DNA from: Elusimicrobiota bacterium
Lineage (GTDB): Bacteria > Elusimicrobiota > Elusimicrobia > 2-01-FULL-59-12
Direction of reading: 5' to 3'
Assembly (NCBI GenBank): GCA_038208955.1
Contig: JBBQYF010000002.1
Span: forward strand, 1-43,894
Length of the DNA: 43,894 bases
Shown here: positions 31,598-39,859 of the stretch, piece by piece
How positions within the stretch are numbered: the first letter of the stretch is position 1
Layout: each line of letters begins with the position of its first letter
The notes under the pieces: generated by a model
Told to the model about the DNA's origin: nothing
Databases searched by the model: none
The model's input: only the letters and a program-made list of their open reading frames with translations
Made by a program: the position numbers and the translations under genes

Positions 31598-32983
31598 CTA
31601 TTTGACTGCAAGCACTAACACTACATTACAACTTACAGGTTGGGGAAACGCCGCGCACACATTTGGAGCGCTTCGGAGAAGGTTGGATAGGCGTGAAAAA
31701 GATTCCGCAGCTGGCCCGGCCGTCTGGCGCTTTTGAAGCGCCAGCGCTGCCTCGTGAATCACCTCACCGGCGCGCGGGGACACGAGACTTACCCCCAAAA
31801 GCCGCTGTGTCGATCGCTCCGCCACCATCTTCACAACACCCTTTGTTTTTCCCTGCAGCCATGCCCGAGGAACATCCTTTAGAGGAATCGATCGGGAGAT
31901 GATCCGCAGACCCTTCGCACGCGCCTGTGATTCCGTCAATCCCACGCACGCCACCTCAGGAGTTGTAAAGACCACGCGAGGCATCGCGCTGTAATCAATC
32001 GTGCGACGTATTGAGGGGCGAAGCGCATTAGCGGCTGCTTCAGCACCTTGGCGTTTGGCCGCATAGACGTTTCTGTTTGGACAATGGCAGGAGATGCAAT
32101 CGCCGGCCGCCCAAAAGTGGCTGATATTGGTTTGGAGGTGACGTCCGACGACAACCTGGCCTTCGGCGTTAAGCCGTACGCCTGTGGCCTCAATCCCCAT
32201 GCCTGATGTACTGGCCGTCCAGCCCGACGCGACTAAAAGTCGCTCGGCTCGGATCACAAACTGCTTTCCTTTTACATCGCGCAGCGACAGAACCACGTGA
32301 TTTTTGTCCGCGTCGACTTTTTTAACCATGCAGCGAAATAACAGGTTTAGACGCTCATCTTGCAAAACATCTTGTATCGCGTGACCCACTTCCGGTTCTT
32401 CAGAAGCGAGCAAACGAGGATCCTTGGAGATGAGCGTGACCCGCACGCCGAAATGGGACAGCATCTGCCCTAGCTCCAAACCAAGCGGTCCCGTGCCTAT
32501 AACCACCATCGTACGCGGCAGTTTGGGTAATTCAAAAATGGTATTGCTCGTCAGGTAGGGCACAAGTTCGAGCCCTTGAATCGCCGGAATGGTGGGGTGG
32601 CCCCCTGCTGCAATCAGGCCGCGCGCGAAACGGAGCACTTCGTCATTGACGCTCAGCGTGTGAGACGATTGAAAGACACCGTGGCCAACGATATAGATCA
32701 GGCGTTTTCGATGGCGCCGGACAAAATCTGCCTTTGCTTTCCGGCCGTCATCGATTATTTTATTTTTTTCAGAGACGGCTGCAGCCCAACGCCTGCGGTG
32801 GCTTCCCGATAGGGCCGCCGCATGCAGCAGAAACTTACTCGGGACACACCCGCGATTGAGGCAAGTACCGCCGATCGGACCTTGTTCCACCATCGCGACG
32901 CAGGCACCGAGGTGTAGTGCTTCGTCTGCCGCCGCGAATGCCGCAGAACCCCCGCCGAGAATCAAAAGGTCAAATATCTTCAT
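31598..32983 (-). CDS. Class-I pyridine nucleotide-disulfide oxidoreductase (MerA/Lpd-like core) with a 3-prime frameshift
   Basis: LLILGGGSAAFAAA (FAD GxGxxA), redox-active GGTCLNRGCVPSK, VVIGTGPLGLELGQ (NAD site), and FWAAGDC. The family C-terminal motif is encoded out of frame (see findings). Confidence 0.8.
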   Translation of the reverse strand: MKIFDLLILGGGSAAFAAADEALHLGACVAMVEQGPIGGTCLNRGCVPSKFLLHAAALSGSHRRRWAAAVSEKNKIIDDGRKAKADFVRRHRKRLIYIVGHGVFQSSHTLSVNDEVLRFARGLIAAGGHPTIPAIQGLELVPYLTSNTIFELPKLPRTMVVIGTGPLGLELGQMLSHFGVRVTLISKDPRLLASEEPEVGHAIQDVLQDERLNLLFRCMVKKVDADKNHVVLSLRDVKGKQFVIRAERLLVASGWTASTSGMGIEATGVRLNAEGQVVVGRHLQTNISHFWAAGDCISCHCPNRNVYAAKRQGAEAAANALRPSIRRTIDYSAMPRVVFTTPEVACVGLTESQARAKGLRIISRSIPLKDVPRAWLQGKTKGVVKMVAERSTQRLLGVSLVSPRAGEVIHEAALALQKRQTAGPAAESFSRLSNLLRSAPNVCAAFPQPVSCNVVLVLAVK

Positions 32984-33159
32984 GGGGTGTTATTTATTTT
33001 CATTAAACAATAACATCTTGATAAACGCGGCATCTCGTCTTGTGTCGTCGGTAATTCTAAGCGCTTCGGACTAGGTCAAACGTGACATGTTTTGCCTCCT
33101 AAGGTTAGTAACAACAGATTTGTTATTCGCGTGATGGGCTGAGACTTAAAAGACATGCT

Positions 33160-33818
33160 CTAATGCGCTCCTTTTTTTCTTTCTTTCTCCGGAAAAACAT
33201 TGTGCGGCTCGATGTCGGTTCGTTCCCGCGCAATTCGCGCCAGCTCAATGGCGATCCGTTCCGGTGGGAGGACGTAATCGACTAGCCCCGTCGCCATCGC
33301 ATGCGCCGGCATAGATTCATCTTCGGCTGAGTAGGTGTCTTCCGCAAAGGTGATTCCCCCCGCCGTCTTGATCATATTCAGCGCGTGTGAGCCATCCCCG
33401 TCACCTCCCGACAAAATAACTGCGATGGCATTACAGCCTTGATCTGCGGCTAAGGAACGTAAGAAATAATCAATCGGCATGAATGGAGCCTTTGTGACTT
33501 TTCGCACGGCCAGTGTCAAAACGCCGCGTTGAATGCTCATGAGGGCATTGGAGGGCATGACGTACACATGGTTCGGTTCGATGGGTGTTTGATCCGTGAC
33601 TTCAGTGACGGGTAACTGGGTCCGGCGTGAGAGCAGGTCAGTCAGCAGGCTTTTATGGTCAGCGGCCAAATGTTGAATAGCTACAAAAGCCATTCCCGTA
33701 TCCACGGGCATAAACTGCAGAAGCTGCGTAAATGCTTTCAGTCCTCCGATGGAGGCACCTATGCCAACGATAGGAACGATTTATCTTGGAAGGATTTAGG
33801 GCGGAGAAGCTTTTTCAC
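33160..33818 (-). pseudogene. CheB-type methylesterase-domain paralog with a frameshift at about codon 15
   Basis: The track ORF 33160..33711 starts at MPVDTGMAFVAIQHL. The same frame continues upstream as IVPIVGIGASIGGLKAFTQLLQF (containing the GxSxG nucleophile motif) up to TAA 33783..33781, with no start codon. In the +1 frame, GTG 33818 gives VKKLLRPKSFQDKSF, which parallels KKLPP...SPNKSFPVVGVGASAGG of the 1308-aa protein. Confidence 0.6.
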
Positions 33819-33829
33819 GGTAAGCTCTT

Positions 33830-34138
33830 TCATTTATCAATCTGATGGGCGAGCCTAAAATCGAGATCCGTCAGGCCGCCTGATGAATGAGTTGAGAGAG
33901 TTAATTGGACTTTGTTGTATTGGATGGTTATATCAGGGTGATGATCCAGTTTTTGGGCGAGCGTCGCTACATGCTTCACAAACGCCATGGCTTTCACAAA
34001 GTCGGCAAAGCGGTATCGTCGGTTAATTTCTTTTCCCCTACGTTTCCAGCGAGGAATTTTCTTCATCCCTTTTTGAATATCTGCTGCACTGAGTTTTTGA
34101 TCGGGATGAACAGAACTTACATGGCTTCGGGTACTCAT
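33830..34138 (-). CDS. Pterin-4-alpha-carbinolamine dehydratase (PCD/DCoH family)
   Basis: 102-aa ORF with FADFVKAMAFVKHVATLAQKLDHHPDITIQYNKVQLTLSTHSSGGLT. The ATG overlaps the upstream TGA (ATGA). Confidence 0.8.
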   Translation of the reverse strand: MSTRSHVSSVHPDQKLSAADIQKGMKKIPRWKRRGKEINRRYRFADFVKAMAFVKHVATLAQKLDHHPDITIQYNKVQLTLSTHSSGGLTDLDFRLAHQIDK

Positions 34139-35733
34139 AAAAATTCCTCCTTACGGGAAATCGCGTCAGGCAACGCAGGTGTCCCTGCACCTTTTTTGTC
34201 TTGAAGGGATTCGAGATTGGAATTGGCTGGTCCATTCATGACTTTTCCCAGCGGATCAAATCGTGACCCGTGGGCAGGGCAGTCCCAGCTGTTTTCATCG
34301 GCGTTCCATCGGACTAAACCCCCGAGATGAGGGCACACGGCCGAACAGGCGTGAACGGTCCCTTGGGAATCGCGGTAGACCGCGATCTTCTTGACCCCCT
34401 CGCGCAATACTTCACCGCATCCCGGCTTTATGTCTTTCACCGCTTTAACACTGCCGGGCGTTAACCAATCCAAATACTGCGGAACCACGTTGAGAATACC
34501 TTTGATGAACTCTCCCGCGGCACTGATCGTCTTGCGTTTCGGATCGTAAAGCGATGCCCAGGCATTGGGCCGTCCTTGGATCAGATCCGTGATTAAAAGT
34601 CCGGCGATCGTTCCATGGGTCAAGCCGTTTCCGCAATCTCCAGTGGCAATATAAACATTCGAGTCATCTAAGGGATTTCTCCCAATAAAGGCCAGACCAT
34701 CTATGGTGTCGATGATTTGTCCTGACCAGCGGTATTCCACCTGTTTTAGGGTGGGGAATCGTTCTCGCGCCCAGGCTTCCAGTTCTCGATAGGGCGTTTC
34801 CGTATCGTCTTTCTGGCCCGTTCTGTGATCTTCGCCACCAATAATCAACATCTCATCAACCGACTCTCCTTCTGGCATTTCCAGACGTATATAATGATAA
34901 GGGTCCGGAGTATCCCAATAGAGGGCATGCGGCACCGCCCCCCGTGGAAGGGGGGCCGCGATCACGTAGCTGCGATAGGCAGCCTGCTTGGTATGCATGA
35001 CCACCCGATCATTAATGGGCACATTCGTGGCGATAACAATGTGTTTAGCCGTTACCTTATGGCCGCTCTTTGTCAAAGTCGCTAGTTCTTTACCCGATAG
35101 GATTTCAGTCACGTGCGTATGGGTAAAGATTCGCACCCCGCGTTCTGTCATTTTAGAGGCCAATGCGGATAAATATTTCAGGGGATGAAATTGTGCTTGG
35201 CGTGGAAATTGTAAGCAACGTCCCGTGTCATAGGATTTCCAAGGAGATTTTGGAGCCCACAATACAGGAATCCCTGCTCGTTGAGCCGCTTCAAATTCTT
35301 TTTCCAGCTCAGATTGATCGCTTTCAGGGGGGACAAACAGGTACCCCTCCACCCGTTCAAATTGGCACTCTATTTTTTCTTCGCTGACAATCCGCTCGAC
35401 TTCATTAATCGCGGCAGCGTGGCTCTCGGCCGCGAGTCGTGCCCCCTCTTTGCCATGCTTTTCCTCTAGGACATAATAGCGATCATCAAGGACGTTGGTG
35501 AGATGCGCGCTGGTACGCCCCGTTTCGCCGCTTCCTATTTCGCCATCCTCAACTAAGACGACAGAAAGACCTTCACGAGCGGCTAAGTAGGCCGTCGTAA
35601 GTCCTGCGATACCCGCCCCGACAACACACACATCACATGAAACATTATCGGTTAAGCTCGGATAAGAAGGCCGTTTTACCTCTTGCAGCCAAATGGACTG
35701 CGCATTCCCAGAAGATCTATCTGGAGAAGTCAT
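34135..35733 (-). CDS. FAD-dependent oxidoreductase (DAO-like) fused to a C-terminal Rieske [2Fe-2S] domain
   Basis: CDVCVVGAGIAGLTTAY dinucleotide fold at the N-terminus. The C-terminus has CPHLGG...CPAHGSRF (CxH ... CxxH). Confidence 0.8.
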   Translation of the reverse strand: MTSPDRSSGNAQSIWLQEVKRPSYPSLTDNVSCDVCVVGAGIAGLTTAYLAAREGLSVVLVEDGEIGSGETGRTSAHLTNVLDDRYYVLEEKHGKEGARLAAESHAAAINEVERIVSEEKIECQFERVEGYLFVPPESDQSELEKEFEAAQRAGIPVLWAPKSPWKSYDTGRCLQFPRQAQFHPLKYLSALASKMTERGVRIFTHTHVTEILSGKELATLTKSGHKVTAKHIVIATNVPINDRVVMHTKQAAYRSYVIAAPLPRGAVPHALYWDTPDPYHYIRLEMPEGESVDEMLIIGGEDHRTGQKDDTETPYRELEAWARERFPTLKQVEYRWSGQIIDTIDGLAFIGRNPLDDSNVYIATGDCGNGLTHGTIAGLLITDLIQGRPNAWASLYDPKRKTISAAGEFIKGILNVVPQYLDWLTPGSVKAVKDIKPGCGEVLREGVKKIAVYRDSQGTVHACSAVCPHLGGLVRWNADENSWDCPAHGSRFDPLGKVMNGPANSNLESLQDKKGAGTPALPDAISRKEEFL

Positions 35734-35789
35734 GAAAGTTCAACACTCGAAGGATGCAGCAAAGCTCTGGCTTTAAGGATGTCGTTCAT
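35730..35789 (-). CDS. 19-codon upstream ORF translationally coupled to the FAD/Rieske gene
   Basis: AAGGAG, a 5-nt spacer, then ATG 35789: MNDILKARALLHPSSVELS. Its TGA overlaps the ATG of the 532-aa gene (tcATGA), and that gene has no RBS of its own. It is too short for the ORF track. Confidence 0.35.
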   Translation of the reverse strand: MNDILKARALLHPSSVELS

Positions 35790-35818
35790 AGAATCTCCTT
35801 GGGTTTATAAGACAAAAT

Positions 35819-35944
35819 TTACAGTTTTCCCAGCACCATCAGAATCACCAGGACCAATAGGATGGTTCCCAACCCTCCGCTTGGATAATATCCCCAGCCC
35901 GAGCTATAGGGCCAAGCTCCGTTAGCCGCGCGGCTTTGTGGCAA
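35819..35944 (-). CDS. Small membrane peptide resembling the C-terminal half of DUF3309 proteins (41 codons from TTG)
   Basis: Hand translation gives ...NGAWPYSSGWGYYPSGGLGTILLVLVILMVLGKL*. I recall DUF3309 peptides as two helices joined by P.WPYSR.WGY.PSGGLG..L.I.LI.LL.GRI. The only possible start is TTG 35944, and no RBS is present. The frame opens inside the 3-prime end of the CheB-like gene, and the first helix is missing. Confidence 0.3.
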   Translation of the reverse strand: MPQSRAANGAWPYSSGWGYYPSGGLGTILLVLVILMVLGKL

Positions 35945-36548
35945 GGAGTTTTCTTTTTGAGGAGACCAATCTTTTTAGTTCATCGGGAATTTTTTCAGGG
36001 GGCATGACGAAATCAACATAACCTGAAGCCTGAGCACCAAGAGGCATGTCGGTTACTTCGGCAGACTGGTCCTGAGCAAAGGTTGTTCCTCTCTTTGCCT
36101 TGATGCGCTTGCATCCCTCAGTCCCGTCGCCATCATACCCAGAGAGGACAATGCCGATCGCACGAGCCCCCATCGCCTCGGCTAAAGAAATCAAAAACAA
36201 ATTGATCTGCTTCTTGCTACTCGTGCGCGGGGAGACGACTTTGAAGGTATAGCCCTCGATGAGAAGATCCGCGTTCGGGGGGATCACGTAGACGCGATTC
36301 CTCTGGGCCTGCATCCCATCCGTAGCCACCCGGACTGGCATTTTCGTGTGACGCGACAGAATGTGAGCTAACTGACTACTGGCGGTGGGATTCATATGAG
36401 AAATAATGACAAAGGCCATGCCTGTATTAGAAGGCAGGGCGTCCAAGAGCGCCTTGTAGGCGTTAAGAGCTCCGGCTGAGCCCCCGATGCCGACAATGAA
36501 AGCAGGACGCAATGTGTCCATGATCTCCGTTACCCCCCCCAGCTTCAA
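35922..36548 (-). CDS. Stand-alone CheB-type methylesterase domain (no receiver domain)
   Basis: IVGIGGSAGALNAYKALL (GxSxG Ser), FVIISHM (His) and VLSGYDGDGTEG (Asp) match the CheB catalytic-domain triad motifs. TTG 36548 overlaps the kaiC-like TGA. An alternative ATG lies at 36521. Confidence 0.8.
   Translation of the reverse strand: MKLGGVTEIMDTLRPAFIVGIGGSAGALNAYKALLDALPSNTGMAFVIISHMNPTASSQLAHILSRHTKMPVRVATDGMQAQRNRVYVIPPNADLLIEGYTFKVVSPRTSSKKQINLFLISLAEAMGARAIGIVLSGYDGDGTEGCKRIKAKRGTTFAQDQSAEVTDMPLGAQASGYVDFVMPPEKIPDELKRLVSSKRKLLATKPRG
36533..36540 (-). repeat. G8 homopolymer (C8 on the plus strand) at the kaiC-like / CheB-like junction
   Basis: Read directly: ttaccccccccagc. It lies in codons 3-6 if TTG 36548 is the start, or in the RBS region if ATG 36521 is the start. 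Confidence 0.9.
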
Positions 36549-38044
36549 TTCGTATCCTTTATATCAACCTTCTTTTTAGGACTAGGGCCTACGGCAGGAT
36601 CCATCGGTGCTAACTTAATTCCATCATCACTCAAAATCAATTTGTGGACGTCACTGTCGTGGCCCGTGCCACGAGACTTCACAATGAAAAGTCCACGAAT
36701 GCGTTTTTTACTCGTACCTTCTTCTAATTCTCTCACGATGATCCACGTGTCGATTAAAGACGAAACGCCGATTTCGCCGCTCGTGTCATTTGCTGAGGCT
36801 GCAGAAACAAGACTGGTGAAAAACGTCGTGATGCCACTGGATTTCAGCAGATCAATCATGCGCGTAATCATCGATCGAATTTCACGCTCGTCCCCCTCTC
36901 CAATAAGACTGGTCAGGGGATCGATGACCACCGATTTGGGTTTGAAACTTCCAACGAGCTTATACAAATCGAGTAAATGCATCTCTAAACCAAAAAAGGA
37001 AGGTCTCACAGACACAATCTTTAAGAGTCCTTTTTTGATCCATGGCGCAAAATCAATACCGATAGAACTCATGTTTTGAATGAGTTGCCCGGAAGATTCT
37101 TCATAAGACAAGAAAATACACCGCTCTCCACGTTTACAGCTTCCTATTGCGAATGCACCTGCGAGACTTGTTTTTCCTGTGCCTGCCGTGCCCGAAGCCA
37201 GTACCGTGCTGCCTCGGGTATATCCTGGTTTACCCCAGAACAGTTTGTCGAGCGATGGAATTCCTGTTGACACTTTCTGCGCTGTGCCGGGCTGATCAAG
37301 CCCTGCGGAGGTAATCGGAATAACGGAAAGTCCTTCTTGATCAATGACGAAGGGATATTCGTTGGCTCCATGATTGGAACCCCGATATTTAAGGACGCGA
37401 ATTCTACGGACAGCAATTTGTTCTTTAACTCTGTTATCCAACAGAATGATGCAATCGGAAATGTACTCCTCCAAGCCATGACGCGTATAAGAGCCTCGTC
37501 CCGGCTCGCCGGTCACGATAGACGTCACTTGTTTGTCTTTAAGCCACCGAAAAAGTCTTTTACTTTCTAAGCGATGAATGCCGGTATCGGTGATGCCTGC
37601 AAAGAGAGATTCAATAGAATCTAAAACAACGCGTTTGGCGCCAATGGAATCAATGGCATGTTCCAAACGAACGAGTATTCCCTCAAGATTAAAGTCGGTC
37701 TCTTGAACGTCTTTGCGCTCCAGAATAACATGTTCAACCAGAATTTTCTTTCGTGAAACATGCCCTGATAAATCCAGGTTGATAGAAGCCACGTCTTTAT
37801 AAAGTTCATCGGGTGTCTCTTCAAAGGACATTAAGACACCTGGCTCGTTATAATCGGTCGCGCCCTTGATTAGAAAATCTATCCCCAAAAGGGTTTTCCC
37901 TGAGCCCGCACCTCCGGAAATTAAAGTGGTTCTATTTTTCGGGAACCCACCTTCGGTAACCTCGTCTAGGCCTTTGATGCCGGTGGGGCACTTGTCTAAT
38001 GGTTTACGTTTAAGGGAGATTTTTGTCTTTAGAATTTTAGGCAT
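36545..38044 (-). CDS. KaiC-like double RecA-superfamily ATPase
   Basis: 499-aa ORF with two homologous halves.
- Half 1: TGIKGLDEVTEGGFP, Walker A LISGGAGSGKT, SFEET.
- Half 2: TGIPSLDKLF, Walker A LASGTAGTGKT, SYEES, and VSSLIDTWII...FIVKSRGTGHD.
A GAGGA RBS lies 7 nt upstream. Confidence 0.85.
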   Translation of the reverse strand: MPKILKTKISLKRKPLDKCPTGIKGLDEVTEGGFPKNRTTLISGGAGSGKTLLGIDFLIKGATDYNEPGVLMSFEETPDELYKDVASINLDLSGHVSRKKILVEHVILERKDVQETDFNLEGILVRLEHAIDSIGAKRVVLDSIESLFAGITDTGIHRLESKRLFRWLKDKQVTSIVTGEPGRGSYTRHGLEEYISDCIILLDNRVKEQIAVRRIRVLKYRGSNHGANEYPFVIDQEGLSVIPITSAGLDQPGTAQKVSTGIPSLDKLFWGKPGYTRGSTVLASGTAGTGKTSLAGAFAIGSCKRGERCIFLSYEESSGQLIQNMSSIGIDFAPWIKKGLLKIVSVRPSFFGLEMHLLDLYKLVGSFKPKSVVIDPLTSLIGEGDEREIRSMITRMIDLLKSSGITTFFTSLVSAASANDTSGEIGVSSLIDTWIIVRELEEGTSKKRIRGLFIVKSRGTGHDSDVHKLILSDDGIKLAPMDPAVGPSPKKKVDIKDTN

Positions 38045-38071
38045 AGTGTGATCCTCGTTTGCTGTGAATGA

Positions 38072-39859
38072 CTAGACATGTGGAGCTTGCTTGGCGGCAT
38101 CTAAGACTTCCCGCACTTTATGACACAGGCCCTCTGGACTAAATGTTTTCTCAATAAAGTTGATCGTGGGATCGACGCCCCCTCGTTCGGCAATGAGTTC
38201 TTGATTGTAGCCCGACATATAGAGAACGGCCATGTTCGGGCGTTTGGGGACGACCAGCTTGGCCAACTCATTTCCGTTCATGCCCGGCATAATAACGTCC
38301 GTCAACAAAAGATCGATGGGCCCTTCATGCTTGTCGCAGATGTCGATCGCGGCTTGCCCGCTGCGTGCATGAAGGACGGTGTACCCTTTCTTACGCAACG
38401 CCCGGACCACCACTCTGCGGACGATGTCTTCGTCTTCAGTGACGAGAATAGTCTCCGAACCTCCCCCGGCTTCTCGGCGCTCGAAACGCCGGCGTTCGGG
38501 ATCAGGCGATTGTTCCACACGAGGAAAATAAATACGAAAGGTCGTTCCCTTCCCCGGCGCGCTCTCCACCACAATATCGCCGTTCGCCTTCTTGACAATG
38601 CCATAGACATTCGCCAGCCCTAGGCCGGTTCCCTTTTCCCCTTTCGTCGAAAAGAAAGGTTCAAACATGTGTTTGAGAGTTTCTTGCGACATCCCGCTGC
38701 CACTATCGGAGACCGTCACGACCACATAAGGGCCAGGCTTCACGTCGAAAAGCCCCTTCAAATGCCCCTCTTCCAAATCCATATTTGAAGTCTGCAGGGT
38801 AAGCTTGCCGCCGGTCAGCATCGCATCGCGGGCATTGAGTCCGAGATTAAGAACCACTTGTTCCAAATTCCCCGGATCCATATGCACCGATCCTAATTGA
38901 GGATCTAGCACCGTGGTCATTTCGATGTCTTCCCCCAGGAGCCGTCTAAAGAGACCGTCCATAGCACTAATAACCTCATTGAGGTTCAGAACTCGGGGAT
39001 TCACCACTTGCCGCCGGCCAAACGCTAAAAGCTGTTTCGTGATGACCGCGGCTTTCCGTGCCGCGCCAATAATTTGATCCATATCCTCGACATCCGCACT
39101 GGCCGGCATGAGCCTTTTTTGAAGGTCCTCCGCAATCCCCAAAATCCCCGTCATCAAATTATTAAAGTCATGCGCCACGCCGCCCGCCAAGCGTCCAATG
39201 GCTTCCAACTTTTCCGCCTGATGCAGCGCCTGTTGCATGTGGACGAGCTCTTCGGTTCTCTGTTTGACCCGCCCCTCAAGCTCGGCCGCCCACACCGCCG
39301 CTACGGCTTCACGCTCTTCATGGAGCAGCTTGATACGGTCTTCGGCTTGCTTGGAAGCCGTTAAGTCCCGAATCAATTTCGCGTATCCACGCAGCTGCTT
39401 CTCTTTCTCAAAGAGAAAGAGCGGCCGCATATAGCCCGTCGCCCAGAACCGGGTCCCGTCTTTGCGCATATGCCAACGGTCATCCGTCGCGCGGCCGATC
39501 GTTTGCGAGAGCTCCATTTCCTGCTCCGGAATCTTAGCGGCAATGTCTTCCGGGCTAAAGATGCGATGCACTTTCTGACCCAAGATCTCTTTTTCACTAA
39601 AGCCTAAAATTTGTTCTGCCCCCGCACTCCAGCCGGTGATCGTCCCATGCACGTCGAGGAGCATGAGCGCATAATCCTTAATGCTTTCTAAGACAAACCC
39701 CAGCCGTTCTTGCGCATCGCAAAGGTCTTCTCTCAGACGAATGGGGTCGGCTTGTTCCATCTCCGGGCGGGATTTAATCGGCGCATCATTCCCCGGGAGC
39801 GTGGGAGCCTCCGGGGCTACGGGAGTCGGCGAAGGGACTTTCGAGGAATGATCAGACAT
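38072..39859 (-). CDS. Hybrid sensor kinase: PAS - HisKA - HATPase_c - receiver
   Basis: PAS (GTITGWSAGAEQILGFSEKEILG...RKDGTRFWA), H-box LAGGVAHDFNNLMTGILG, N/G boxes (LNLGLNARDAM, DSGSGM, GTGLGLA) and REC (ILVTEDED...LLLTDVIMPGMNG). The start is set at ATG 39859, which overlaps the upstream stop by 8 nt; the track start is 39907. Confidence 0.85.
   Translation of the reverse strand: MSDHSSKVPSPTPVAPEAPTLPGNDAPIKSRPEMEQADPIRLREDLCDAQERLGFVLESIKDYALMLLDVHGTITGWSAGAEQILGFSEKEILGQKVHRIFSPEDIAAKIPEQEMELSQTIGRATDDRWHMRKDGTRFWATGYMRPLFLFEKEKQLRGYAKLIRDLTASKQAEDRIKLLHEEREAVAAVWAAELEGRVKQRTEELVHMQQALHQAEKLEAIGRLAGGVAHDFNNLMTGILGIAEDLQKRLMPASADVEDMDQIIGAARKAAVITKQLLAFGRRQVVNPRVLNLNEVISAMDGLFRRLLGEDIEMTTVLDPQLGSVHMDPGNLEQVVLNLGLNARDAMLTGGKLTLQTSNMDLEEGHLKGLFDVKPGPYVVVTVSDSGSGMSQETLKHMFEPFFSTKGEKGTGLGLANVYGIVKKANGDIVVESAPGKGTTFRIYFPRVEQSPDPERRRFERREAGGGSETILVTEDEDIVRRVVVRALRKKGYTVLHARSGQAAIDICDKHEGPIDLLLTDVIMPGMNGNELAKLVVPKRPNMAVLYMSGYNQELIAERGGVDPTINFIEKTFSPEGLCHKVREVLDAAKQAPHV

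Noticed and set aside
31598-32983. Calling the disulfide oxidoreductase mercuric reductase (merA).
   Set aside because: It has no N-terminal HMA/NmerA domain and no C-terminal Cys-Cys pair in either reading frame, and no mer operon genes are nearby. Only the generic class-I fold can be supported.
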